Source of the DNA: Camelus ferus
Lineage: Eukaryota
DNA: 64,000 nucleotides
Reading direction: 5' to 3'
Assembly: GCF_009834535.1 (NCBI RefSeq)
Contig: NC_045696.1
Coordinates: 24,492,001 to 24,556,000 of the forward strand
Shown: positions 23,831 to 36,372 of the stretch, piece after piece
How the letters are laid out: the number at the start of each line of letters is the position of its first letter
Numbering within the stretch: position 1 is the stretch's first letter
Translations under genes and position numbers: made by a program
Notes under the pieces: generated by a model
What the model was told of the DNA's origin: nothing
What the model saw: only the letters and a program-made list of their open reading frames with translations
Database searches by the model: none

Positions 23831-25949
23831 AGAAAAGATTAGAGTAAAATGCCTTCAAGTTTTATACTTACCTGCACAGCTATCTGTTTTATTCTTTGGA
23901 GACATTGAAAACTTTTCATTTTCTCAGTTTACGGAATGTTTCTGTTTCCCAGAAACTTAGATCAACTAAAAGGTAATATACTGTTAGTTAGTAAACAAGT
24001 TCAACAACGTATCAGTAACTAAAAAAAAAAAAAAAAGTGTGTGTAAACTCTTCCCTCAACTCTGTGCCCTTTTCAGTGTCTATAAGATGCTGATGGTGAA
24101 AAGAGACGCATAAGAGGAAGCAGGAGTACATTTTACACTTTAATGTGAGAGAGAGAGAGACCATTACATGGAGACTGTCAGTTGACATTGCAAAACGTTT
24201 CTAAGCATTTTTACCCTACGATTAAAAAGAAAAATTGAATAAGCTGAAAAGCCTGAAGATATTTCCTTAAAGGCGTCGGTTTAATAAGTATGCGTGAAAA
24301 ATAAACACGTTCATGGCCAGCCAGTCTACTAGAATTGTAATCAAACTTCATTTATATTGCAAAAGTAGATAAAAAAAGTAAAAACATGATTTAAATTACT
24401 AAACATTCTTTATACATATATATGTCTTAGTATTTAATTGTGAAATATATGCATATACACAAATATAAATGTATGTGTGTGTGTGTATAAATACACTGAA
24501 AATCAACTAGTTCAGTTATTGATCCACTATTCAATTGTCAAATTTTACCACTTGTATCAAATTATCATTGATATTTGTTTTATTCCTAATGAAAATGATT
24601 CCACAGCTTGGAATAAAACAAAGTTAATCTTACAATGATGAAATTTAATGATACAGAACTTTCCTGACTTTCCATCTAAGCCCCTGAAGAATGGATGCTT
24701 TTTTCCTCCTAGTATTCTCTTTCCTTTTGTTTTCCTCCCTAATTCAAGGGGGAAAGATCTGTACCAGTCTTAATAGTATCAGAAAAAGATTCTTCTTTTT
24801 GGATTAGTGTTCTAAAAATACTATAAAAATATCCCTAAAGCTAATAGAGATACTCCTCAAGCTCCTAGTCCTCAGCCCAAATCTATCTGCATTTTCCTGG
24901 AGAGGAGAGGGGCTCCCAAACTCACACCCTTCACACCCAAGATGACAGCATCTCCAGGTGTTACAGTGGAAAATAGAGTCCATACTAAAAATAATGTCAT
25001 TTGCCACATGACTTGAAAAGAAAAAACAAAATGAGAGAAGTTTCTGACTTCCCTTAAAGATGCTCTATTTATGCCTACTTGTTAGGAATTGTGCAATGTG
25101 GAAAACGGTGTGTTAGTCAAGGTGAGGCGTTACGTAGATGAACGTGTTCCAGGTCCCAAAGGAGGTGATCCGGTGTAGACCAACTGCCCAGTTAAGCATA
25201 GAGAAGGTGTTGAAGGGAAAGACATTTGTGTTGGGATTTTAAATGAGGAACATCAGAAAAGTCCAGTTTACATTTTAATAGCAGTTCCAGCAGGGGTTGG
25301 TAATGGAGAGCTGGTCTAAAGAGAAATCATTTTATAATGAGACTTTATTAAATTTTATAAAGAGAAATAATGAGTGATCCACTTGTAGTATGTTTAGCAA
25401 AGCCAGAGAATTTTAGAGGGCTATTGGCCTCCCCAAAAAAGAGGTAAAAAGTTTTACAGAGCGAATAATCATGCAACTAAACAAATACACTAACATGCTA
25501 GCCTGACTGGAGATCGACTACTGTTATTATATTGGTTAAATGTTGGCCATTACTGCTCGACTCTGTAACTGTGTTAGCACCCCTTTATTCTGTCTGAAGC
25601 TACTAAAAGATTTTGAATTAGAAAAAGAATCAGAACATAAAAGTGTTCGTACCTCTGACAATTTGGAGCTAACTGGTTCAAACCTGAATTATCAGGCTTG
25701 CCATCTATATTGATTGAAGTAAGCAAATAATTGTCAATTTTCCACTTCATTTTGTACCTCATAAATTAAATTAATAAGACATTTGAGCCTTTTCAAAGAG
25801 CTTACATGTGGAACGAGGACACTATCCCAATTATTTGTATGTAGCACATATATTTATAGGTTGCATAAATATTCATTCAATACATACTTGTAAGCTAAAT
25901 GAATGGATTCATGAAGGTTCATTCATCAAGCTTAAGAAAGTCTTAATAA

Positions 25950-26105
25950 TGGAGCATGGATGATGCAGCGTCATACGTGAGTTTTGGAGCTGGGTAGACA
26001 GGAATTTTCCCTCTAGCTCTGCCAATTACCAGCTATATGACCGTGGAAAGTTGCTCAAATTCTCTAGACCTCAGTGTCCTCCTCTGTAGAATGAAGAGAA
26101 CAATC
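25950..26105 (+). mobile_element. MIR SINE
   Basis: ctagctctgccaattaccagctatatgaccgtggaaagttgctcaaattctctagacctcagtgtcctcctctgtagaatg. Confidence 0.75.
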
Positions 26106-26199
26106 CTCGGTAGGGGTTCAGCCTAGTTCAGTTCCAGAGAAGAGCGTCTCCTCTTGCTCTGACAGCAGGAAGGACTGAGCACTGGAGCTAAAAGGGCCA

Positions 26200-26602
26200 G
26201 TGCGTCACAATAGAGCTACGGCGGGAACTACCACCCGAGGCGGCCAGTACATGTCCTAAGGACAGCTTTTACATTAAAGCAATTTGCTTTAAAATCAAAA
26301 CAAAAATAAAGAAGCCCATGCCATAGAAACCGTTTGTGGTCCACAGATTCTAAAATATTTCTATCTGGCTTTTCATGGAAAAACTTTGCTGACGCAAGTA
26401 GCCACTAAGTACTTGAGAACTGGCTAGTCCAAATGCAGCTGGTGACAAGTGTAAAATATACCCAGTACTTTAAAGACTTTGTAGTTAAAAAGAAGATAAA
26501 GTAGCTTATTAATAATTGGATGCTGATTTGTCTAAATTAGATTATTTTAGATATGGTAGGGTAAATGGAATTTCACTCATTTCTTTTAACGTGGCTACTA
26601 GG
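26200..26602. mobile_element. Adjacent MER58-like and MER33-like hAT-Charlie fragments
   Basis: A MER58 end (ctaaaatatttctatctggcttttcatggaaaaactttgctgac) is followed by MER33 motifs (tagccactaagtacttgag...gtggctactag). Confidence 0.65.
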
Positions 26603-27101
26603 TGTGGCTTCGACTTCACATCCCAACTTCCAAATTTCCCATGGATGCTTACGTTCTGCCAAACCTTAATCATATCTGTTATCCAGGCTTCAGGGAACTT
26701 GTGAAATGGGGTTTTTAGCCTTTGGACTCTGATAGAGGAACTCAGTCCAGGAAGAAGGTGAGATAGTGTTACTTTGCTGTATCTACCACCCCGCCCTCCT
26801 AGAGTCTTCGTTCTTGTTAAAGTTGGCATCACTATTCTCAAATGAAAACAAAAACAAAAACAAAAGCAGTGCCAGCTCACCTCTAGGATTCCTCTGTTGT
26901 GGACATGGAGAATGGCCAGCTTTCTGAAGGAGGCTCTCCCTTGTCTCTATAGCACATCATTTGTATCATCCTTACCCAGCTCACAGTTTTATGCTAACCT
27001 TTCAAGTGAGTTAGATGTAACATTTCTTCTGCCATATCTGGGTCTTATAAAGTGGTGATAAAGAAGACATTCTTTTCTTCCAGTTAAGATGGAGAGGAAT
27101 G

Positions 27102-27104
<3 letters not shown>

Positions 27105-27143
<39 letters not shown>

Positions 27144-27152
27144 ACACACACA
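27105..27152. repeat. (CA)n microsatellite
   Basis: About 23 near-perfect CA units with one TA interruption. Confidence 0.97.
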
Positions 27153-27337
27153 ACAAAAAGCAAGACTACTTAATACTATTATATTAAAAAGTAAACCACA
27201 GTGCATTTGCTGTAAAAAAGATTTTGCTGTAACTTCTGGCAGTCATTCTCAAAAGCAGCTGGACTTCAAGATCACCTGAAGTCACAGATATTCGGACCCC
27301 ACTCTGGACCGACTGCATCAGTGAGAACAGATTAGAG

Positions 27338-27759
27338 CAGCCCTGTCCAGTAGAAATATAATGCAAGCCACAGATGTAATTTCAGATTTTCTAGTAGTCA
27401 CAATAAAAAATTTTAAAAAGAGAAACAGGTGGAAATTAATTTAATAATGTATTTAAGCAAGTACCCCTAAAATATTATCATTGCAACATGTAATTATTAT
27501 CAAAAGTTAATGAGATATTTTATATTTTTGTTTTTAAACTAAGATTTTGAAGTCTGGTATATATTTTATATATCTCAATTCAGATGCAAAAATTTCAATG
27601 TTTACAGTGAAATCTGCTCCTAATCAAACAATGAAATTTGTGTAGTTTTTACCCTGCTTCAATGTCAAAATTAAATTAAATTAAATTAAATTAAAATTTA
27701 CTTCCTCAGTTGCACCAGCCACATTAGGCCACTAATGGCTACCGTATTGGACAGCATAG
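27338..27759. mobile_element. MER33/Charlie1-family hAT element, complete ends
   Basis: TIRs cagccctgtccagta / tattggacagcatag and a perfect 8-bp TSD GATTAGAG at 27330-27337 and 27760-27767. Confidence 0.9.
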
Positions 27760-28249
27760 GATTAGAGGCTTGAAGTTGCTGGCAATGTTGAGGCATCAAA
27801 GTAACTAGATAATATCACTTTACTTAGGGAAATATGAAGTATAAAAATACTTAATGATCAACATTTAGTTATATACTTTTAGAAAAAGGAAAGATCATAG
27901 GGAACAAGTGTATTAACTAATGAGGAAGCTGAGATTAGTGTCTTGTCTGAAATGACACATGGAGTCAAGACTGCAGTTCTGGCCTCCCAAATACTAATCC
28001 TGTCCTGGCCTCTCTGTCATGAGCATGTGTGTATGTATGTGTGTGTGGACGCTCTGCATGTGCATCTCCACGAGAATTAGAGAGAGTAGGAGAGGGGTGA
28101 GTGGCAGAGTGTGTCTGGGGAGAGGAGAAGTGAGGAGGAGGGGAGGGTAGGAAGACAAAGGCCCTAACCTTATTTTATACGTGCTGAACATGACCTGATG
28201 GTAGAGGGGACACAGCGGAGAGAACTGGAGAAGGGAAATGAAGTGAATA

Positions 28250-28450
28250 AACTTGACGTTTATTCCTGCGCCCCAGGCAGCTGAGAACTGCGTATCCTTG
28301 AGAATGTTATTGAACTTCTCTGACCCTAAGATTTCTGAGCAATAGAATATGGATAAAAATGTCTGTCTCTTGGTTTGTAGTGAGGTTCAAATGTTAGAAC
28401 ACACGTTAAGCACCTGGCATAATGCATGTTAATGTTCATTTTCCTTCCTT
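28250..28450 (+). mobile_element. MIR SINE
   Basis: gttattgaacttctctgaccctaagatttc...gtgaggttcaaatg...aagcacctggcata. Confidence 0.6.
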
Positions 28451-29021
28451 CTACAACCCATCACACCAGGGCAGAGTGATCCTTTAATTTAATATCCTTG
28501 ATTAAATGACTTTAAGTCAAACTCTCACTCGAGCTTGGATGTCATTTTAAAATAACTGCTCGAAATAATTTGTAATCAACATGCCTTACCTAGAAGCATT
28601 GATTTTCCCCTGGCTGGACAAGAAGAAGGAACAGGATTTATGGCTGACATGCGTTAGAAAATCCAAGATTGTAATCTCCACAAATTGCCTCAAATCATGA
28701 ATACCCAGGTTGAGTGCAATGTTTGACATGCATCCTTAGATTTCCCTCCATGTGTAAATAGCAGTAAACAAGAAAATCTATCCCAATGGCTCTTGTTAGC
28801 CTAGTTTATATTTCAGGTGTTTGGGGGGTTAGAGGGGTCCATTTTAATTAAGAATTTTTAAATGTGAGTTTAATTTTTGGTTATGTACCCAGTCATCAAC
28901 ATTCTGCACTGATAAAAAGCACTGGAGAAATCAATTAAATTGTTTCCAGCTACCAGATGTTAATGAGAGCGTAATATAGCAGATTCAAAGGTAGTTTTAA
29001 AGACAAATGATACGATGCATG

Positions 29022-29260
29022 TCTAACAGTTGGTTAGAGCTCAGCACTAATGAGGCCAAGGTCAGGGGTTTCATCCCCTCATGGCCAGTTAGTTTTGCTC
29101 TGTTCCATAGCCACTGGCAGGATCCACGACCCAGCCCGTCGTCTTGGCTGTGTGCGCAACTGATCATTCAGGAATCTGGGTTGGAGGATGAGGTGGCACC
29201 AGCACAAAGCATTATCCACTGCAGGAAGAGCAGCTGAAGGGAAGAACAGCCCAGCTGACC
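29022..29260 (+). mobile_element. MamSINE1-like ancient tRNA-derived SINE
   Basis: cagttggttagagctcagcactaatgaggccaaggtcaggggtttcatcccctcatggccagttagttttgctctgttccatagcc matches the recalled MamSINE1 head and body. Confidence 0.75.
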
Positions 29261-29354
29261 GGTAGTTCATCTGCTCATGAAGATTCTCCTTCACTGTAAT
29301 CCGTCTTCAGGACACTAGTGCAATTCTCAGCTTTCAACTTTGCAGAGTTTATGG

Positions 29355-29515
29355 GGCAATGGTAACAGCGTTAAGAGAGAGAATTGAGTTCTTGCCCTCG
29401 CTTTATCCCTGCGTGGCACTAAGTCATTACACCTTATGGCTCTCAGTTTCTACCTCTGTAAGATAACAGGGTTGGGCCGGATGGTCTCTAAGCCCCCTTG
29501 CTGTTCTAAAATGGT
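29355..29515 (+). mobile_element. MIR3-like SINE
   Basis: aagtcattacaccttatggctctcagtttctacctctgtaagataacagggttgggccggatggtctctaag. Confidence 0.7.
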
Positions 29516-29594
29516 TCCATAGATACATTTTAAAATTTGGGGGAAGAGGAAGTGTTCTCTAACATAAAACACTATTATTTTCTTTTTGAAACTA

Positions 29595-30537
29595 TTGAAG
29601 GCATACGTCTAAGATGGCCTTTAATGAACCCTACCGCATAAGTCAGGGTTCTCTAATGAACCAAGAAGATGTGGATATATACAGTGAGAGAAAATTATTT
29701 TAAGGAATAGGCTTGTGTGAGTATGGAGGCTGGCAAATCTGAAATTTGGAGGGCAGGCCACCAGGCCGGAGACCCAGGGAAGGGGTGGTGTTGTAATAGG
29801 AACCAAAAGGTAGTCTAAAAACATAGTTCCCCCTTCCTTGGGGGACTACAGTCTTTTCATCTTAAAACCTTCAACTGATTAGATGAGACACAGCCACATT
29901 ATATAAAATAATCTGCCTTACTCAAAGCCTACTGATTTGAATGTTAATCTCATTTGGTGTTTGACCAAATATCTAGTGGCCATGTCAAGTTGACACACAA
30001 AATTAATCATCACATCTGCCTACTGCCATTTAAGTTTTTATGTAATAAAGACTCACCTTTCTTTGTGTGTGACTTGATTCCAATAGAATTTGGCAATGGT
30101 GACAGGAAATCATTTCCATGATCAAGTTCAAAGAGGCTATAACATCTGTCTTGCTAACAGACTCTGTCTGTTGCCTTCTTGCTTACACGTTGTGGTGAAG
30201 TAAGGTCCCACTAGGAGAGACCCATGTGTCAAGGAACCCAGAGCAGCATTCAGCCAGCAGCCAGCAAAGAAGTGAGACCTTCATTTCAACCCTTGGAAAA
30301 CTGACTGCTGCCAACAATCACTGCGTGAGCTTGGAAGATGATCCTTTCCCCAGCTAAGCCTTCAGATGAGACCTCAGTCCTTTGGGCCAATAACTTGATT
30401 GCACTCCTGAATCACAGGACTCATCTAAGTCATGTCCATATTCTTGACACACAGAAACTGTGAGATAATACATATTTATTGTTTTAAGACATTACATTTT
30501 GGAGTAATTTATTGAATAGTGACAGATAACTAATACA
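29595..30537 (+). mobile_element. MLT1E-like LTR, interrupted by MLT2
   Basis: Starts ctaagatggcc and ends cagaaactgtgagataata...gacagataactaataca. Confidence 0.8.
29635..30014 (-). mobile_element. MLT2 (ERVL) solo LTR
   Basis: agtcagggttctc...ccttcaactgattagatgag...caagttgacacacaaaattaatcatcaca. Confidence 0.85.
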
Positions 30538-30609
30538 GGAACTAAAAGTAACTTGATTAAGTTATCAATCAGGGTTATTTGCAGATTACCAAATCCATGC
30601 TACCTAATT

Positions 30610-30945
30610 TAAGCCAGAAAGAGAAAGAAAAATGCCTTATGATATTGCTTATATGTGGAATCTTAAAAAAAAAAAGAAGGACACTAATGAACTTATCTAC
30701 AAAAGAGAAATAGACTCACAGACATAGAGAACAAACTTACGGTTACCAGGGGATAAAGGAGGTGGGAAGGATAACTGGGAATTTGAAAATTGCAACTTTT
30801 GGGGAGTGATGGAAATGTTAGCTATCTTGATAGTGGTAGTGGTTTCACTGGTGTATACACCTATCAAAATTCACCAAATTGTACATTTGAAATATGTGTA
30901 GTTTACTGTACAGGATCCACACCACAGTAAAAGTGTTTAAAAAAC
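30610..30945 (+). mobile_element. L1 3'UTR fragment (relatively young, artiodactyl-type)
   Basis: atgaacttatctacaaaagagaaatagactcacagacatagagaacaaacttacggttaccagggg. Confidence 0.85.
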
Positions 30946-31174
30946 AATTAGAACTTTTACATTGTTCCCTTTACTCCTTGAAATGGTATTTCCATTTTAC
31001 TTCCCTCACAGAATTTTATCCTGATGTAATATATTTTTATGCTCAACAGTCTTTTATTGATCACTGTCTCATATATCTCAGCAACAAAACATGTATGCAG
31101 ATTTGTTTACAATTTGTTTCCTGTAACTGTAAATAATAAACAATTATTAACTGTAAAGAAAAATAAAGTCTGTT

Positions 31175-31555
31175 CCTTGGAGAAGGAAAAATAAAATAAT
31201 TTAAGCAGAAAGGAATATATCACAGGTTGAATAGAGTGCAGAGTTGTTGGGAAGCTGATGACAGATACTCTGGCTGAGGCTGTAGAACTTACTCTGAGAA
31301 GCATGCTACAAAACCTGCACCCCCAGGAGAGCTGCTGCTTCTGCCACCATGAGAACATGGCCAGATCTAGAAGCCACCATCACAGAGGCAGACTCCAGAG
31401 CCACACTGTCTCTGCTGAGATTCGCTACATTGAAAATGGATGCCCAATCCTTGTCTTTTCTCCCATGTTAGTTTTAAATCAGTGTCTTAAGTTAGTACCT
31501 GTGATGGATAGGACCTAAACCACACATCTTATTTCTAGTAACAAGGGAAGTCCTT
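31175..31555 (-). mobile_element. Old MLT1 (L/M/N-like) fragment
   Basis: aatttaagcagaaaggaat ... cacatcttatttctagtaacaagggaagtc resembles antisense old MaLR. Confidence 0.4.
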
Positions 31556-31650
31556 TTTTCTCTCTCTTTCTTCCTTTTCTCTCTCTCTTTCCTTCTGTCC
31601 TTCCTTCCTTCTCTTCTTCTCTTTCTCCCTTCTTCTTCCTCCTTCTTCTA
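31552..31650. repeat. Polypyrimidine (CT/CTT/CCTT)n tract
   Basis: Directly visible. Confidence 0.85.
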
Positions 31651-31829
31651 CACATTGATTTTAGGATTAGTAAATGACAGACATCAACTACAGCAAGAAA
31701 AGTGTATATATTCAAAATATCTAGAGAATAACATAAGAAACTATGCAATTAAATGATGTGTTATAAGTATCAAGCCCAACTTCTGTAATACTTCTCAAAA
31801 GGAATTTCAAAAAAATATAATACAGTCAT

Positions 31830-32060
31830 CAGTAGCACAAAATTTGGGGGTCAAACAAATATTACAAAAATCCCAGCTTTGAAATTCACTAGCTGTGTGA
31901 TTTTGGGAAAGTTCTTTAAACTCTTTAAGCCCAGTTTCTCCTCCTATAAAATGAGAAAACTGTTGCTCTTATTCATCATTTGAGAATGAAAAGTGACAAG
32001 TCAACTAACATTATTAGCACAGTGGCAGGCACAAAGTAAATGGTCAATAATAAGTGTTAT
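31830..32060 (+). mobile_element. MIR SINE
   Basis: aatcccagctttgaaattcactagctgtgtgattttgggaaagttctttaaactctttaagcccagtttctcctcctataaaatg. Confidence 0.8.
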
Positions 32061-34254
32061 CACTAAGAACATGACTGTGGTTTGTGGTTTAACGGTGCAA
32101 GTTCAGTGAAGAAGGTGCAACTTAAGCTGGGCTTGCAAAGGAAGAACTCGAGTTAAAAATGGTGAAAGGGAGGTGGGTAAGATATTACCATTGCACACTG
32201 CCCTAGCATCTTTCACAAAATGGCCTTAAAAGGCACTTACACACCAACTGTCTTATAAATGGATAAATGGACCCACTAAAATGTGACAGGTCATCTTAGA
32301 ATAGGTGAGTAATGCAGAAGTCAAGGGAGGTGACTCCCAGGTTGGTATTCTAACCACTCAACTGCGTTCCTTACTTGCCTCCAAACTTAAAATCAGGAGT
32401 TTTGGGATCTGTCTCCACATCAGCACTGACTGTTAATAACATAAACACTGAAGGAGGAAAATGAGATTAACAAGGGCATCCCATCAGCTAGGTCTTCATC
32501 AAACCATGAACAAGAGGAGACAGTGTCAAAACAGTGCATGTAGTCCTTCTCTTGATTTCCAGATTGTGAAATGACTCAACAAGCTGACATATAAAGCATA
32601 GATCACCTTCATTAAAAAGACTGCACTTTTCTTTCACTTTTATTTTTACGCATTATATCTAAATCACATACAGCTATTCTTCTGCCACTGATTCTTATGT
32701 GAACACTTTCTGATGGTTTTAATTAGTTTCCTCCTGTAAATAGAGACTTATATTAAAATAAAACAAAATCAATAGATTAACGTTAATTATGCCCTATTCT
32801 CTTTTTTATTTCCTAAGCTTATGATACAATTACTAATTGAATCTAATGAAAGCCATGGTTATCTCTTTAATCATGTTTTAAAGAAAAAGCTGTAAAGCAA
32901 AAGAGCCTGTTCCCATTTTAATTTTCTCTTAAAAGTTTTTGTCATCCCTACTGACTTTGGGTTGAAATATTGTAGATAAGGAAACATGGATTGCTTCTAC
33001 TGGAAGAGATTTTCAAGTTGTTGTTCACCAAACTTCACTCTATAGATGTAGAGACTGAGGTTCTGAGAGGGTTCTCGGATCTTGCCCAGTTTAGTAGCAG
33101 ACCTGAGAAATCAAGCCAGGTCCTGGAGAGTCAGGTCAGTGTTTTTCCAAAGGATGGATTTTAATATTTTTACCCATCTTATTTCCTATCACATTTCTTG
33201 CAATTTTGTTTGGCTTCCTCTTGTTCCATTGGTAGCTATGATGATTAAATAAGATAATGATACAAGTGGCAGGAAACATGAAATTTAAACACTATGTGCC
33301 TTTTCTTTTTCTAAAGTTTCAGGTAAATATTATTTCATATATCATAGCACATTTGCAGATACTTAAGAAAGTTCTCTATTTTGAGAAATCTGGAAAAGAA
33401 TCTTTTCGAAAATAATCTTTTAAAATGCAAATAACCATCCCCTAAGTAACCTGTTTTGCTATCCTGATATTCATAGTGCTGTGAGGGGAGTTTGTTGGCT
33501 CAGGATTGATGGAAAGCTCACTTAGCACACCTGTAGACAAATGGCAAAAGTTCTACGCACTTTACCAGCCCTGTGCCTGATGGATCGATGTGGTATCTGT
33601 GCGTTCTCCAGGCACTACAAGCTATAAGATCTGCTTGGAGATGATAAACCTCATGGGGATGCCATCTACCACCTGCTTTTCTTGGGGAAATCAGAATTCA
33701 TTAGTGTAAGAGATTGTTACTCTTTGACAGGGGCTGGATGGGCTGGCAAGAGAGTCTACTTTTCCTATCAGAACAAGCTAATGTTACTTCTGTTCTTCTT
33801 CTTCATTGCATTCTCATGGGGGGATGAAATCTGTTTTCCCTGAGAACTGTAGCATTATTACAGTAATATACTGGGGGGCCTCCAGTGTGCTGTCATCCAA
33901 ATTCAGTGATTCCAATGAAGCGCCCATTTTTAATTAAATGTGCCATCATAAATTACCAGGCATTCTTTGATGATGATGAAGACATTCATAAAATGATCAA
34001 AGCCTTTAAAACACAGTTTATACATTTGTCTTTAAATAATACTGAATTATTAGTATTAGTGCTTTGATAAAGGTGTGCTTTCTGAGTTTTTTGTTTAGTG
34101 GTGGCATATAGTATTATGCTGTCTCTACATTTTCCTAGCCACTCCCTTCTGGTGAACAGTGCTCATTCGTGGAATCTCTGATCTAGATGTCAGGTAGACT
34201 TTGTATCCGTGTATCTGTGTAGTCAAGTATAGACATAGTACTTACTGTGTACTC

Positions 34255-34470
34255 ATTAAGGCATCAGGAATAAAATTCCAATTTTACCATTTTCTGGTTA
34301 TGTGACCTCAGGCAAGAATTTAATGCTCTGTGCCTCAGTTTATTCATCTGTAAGTTGGAGATAATTATAATAGTATCAACCTCACAGGATTATTTTGAAG
34401 ATTAAATGAATTACTACACGTAAAGCATTTAGAACTGTGCTTGCTAAATCCATGAGGGTTCTGCCATTAT
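34255..34470 (+). mobile_element. MIR SINE
   Basis: tgtgacctcaggcaagaatttaatgctctgtgcctcagtttattcatctgtaagttggagataat...gattaaatgaatta. Confidence 0.85.
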
Positions 34471-35384
34471 TCTGTAAATGTGTTAAATCAAGAAATTAGA
34501 AAAGCAATAGAATTTAAAGTCTTATCATTCTTAGCAACTTGCTGTAATCAACTGGGCTCAGACTTGCTAGATTTACTAATATTTCTCTTTGCTGTGTGAT
34601 CTATTCGATAACTCAGAAGACTTCATGCGATTTTCCCCCACTTTTGTAATCAGGTGTAGCGGCAAGGTGGAAGAACTCATGGGTGTGACGGGACTCCTTT
34701 ACACGGGTAATGGTTTGTTTTCCAGTCACACAAACCTCCACCTTGTTTTGAGAACAGAGTTGATACCTGGATGTATGTTTTTTCATCTTTCTGGTGGCTT
34801 TCAGTGCACTGCAAAATTGGCCTACTTTATTAAATTTGAAGCATCATAATCATCCTCTTTGCCAGATGTCTATTCAAAAAAATTTTTAAGGGAACTTCTA
34901 CTAATTTCCATGTCTTTTTTTTGAACATCTGTGGTAACTTTATTGAAGCCCAGGAGGCCAAGAGATGTGCAAACTCAGGCTCTATCAGTTTGGTTGTGAC
35001 ATTCTTGGAATCACTGTATTTTAATATTGGAAAAATCATTTCCATTACGCAAGTGAATAATCATTCTCGCAAGAGAGTGAGTTGGTTAAAACAGAAGTTG
35101 GGTTAACTTATTTAAATACAAAGTTAAACATATGTATACAAATATGTATGTGTGTTTATATTTATATTCAAATCTTGCCTTGATATCAGGGTTCTATGTA
35201 ACTGCTAATGTACAATTAACCTAATGAGAAATAACATCTGTAAGTATCTTCAGTGTGTTTGGAATCACATAAGAGTTTATAAAGGCTAACTTGTTTAATC
35301 TTCAAAATTAAGAAAATCAGAGAATCTAACAGGATCCTGAGATCAGCAGTCGTTGATGGCAGATATTTGAAAGAGAGACCACTT

Positions 35385-35480
35385 GTAATTCTTCTTTGCC
35401 TCTAAAACAGTGTCTGGCATATAGCAGATGTTCAATAAATGTTTGTTGAATGAACTGTGAATGTATGAATGAATGAATTA
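35385..35480 (+). mobile_element. L2 3' tail
   Basis: acagtgtctggcatatagcagatgttcaataaatgtttgttgaatgaa. Confidence 0.8.
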
Positions 35481-36314
35481 TACAATTCCAAAGGAATGTA
35501 TTAGGATGAAAAAAAAATGACTAGCATTTAATCAAGGTAAAGCACTGTATGTATGACCCTAGACAAGTCAATTTACCATTTGAGACCTCAATTTATTCAT
35601 TTGCAAATCAAAGGTCAGATCTCATCAGCTCTTCAGTCTTAAAAATTCACCATGGGATTTACACCATCATTTACTGTCAATCAATATTCTCTGTGCAGAA
35701 ACACCTTTCACATTTCCATTAGCTCGGCAACAACAACTCTTGACATATTCACTTCATTTTTCCTTTTGACTTTGTGATTTGAAAGTAAGATTTAAAAACC
35801 AATAATGCAAGAAACAGGCACATATTAGACTCAACCCCAAAGGACAGCTGACTGTAAGTACTGCATGAAAATAGAAATATGGTAGTTAGCGTCCAAACAT
35901 TCTCTTCTTTTAAATAACCTCTTCGCTTTCTTTATTTCCCACTGCTTTAATTTTCCCCATTTTGACCTTGTTTAACAGTTATATGATAATGCTTTGCTCT
36001 TAGAGCCCACTCTCATCTACTTGAAAAATAACACAGGTGGCCTGTCCTTTAGTTTCTACTGGCCTTTTATAATAATTTGTCTATATTTCATTTTTTTATT
36101 TTCCTAAAAATTTCCAGGGGTAAAATTTAAATTAAGCCACTAACTCCCTAGTGAATGAAAGGTAAGGTCAATGATTAGTGCTTGATTTAGGGGATAATGA
36201 AGGCTAAGAGGAGTAAGCTTTACCTGGTATTTATGGCAAGCGTTCAATTAATGGACCAGACAGAATTATTTCATTGACTCTCTGAAGTGATATTTCCTTT
36301 TGTAGTTCTGAGTA

Positions 36315-36372
36315 TCTCTCTCTCACACACACACACACATACACACACACACACACCCATACACATGCACAC
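36315..36372. repeat. (TC)n(CA)n compound microsatellite
   Basis: Directly visible. Confidence 0.92.

Noticed and set aside
29022..29095. tRNA-like sequence
   Set aside because: Degenerate head of an ancient SINE; the B box is broken (GGTTTCATCCC) and it continues into SINE body.
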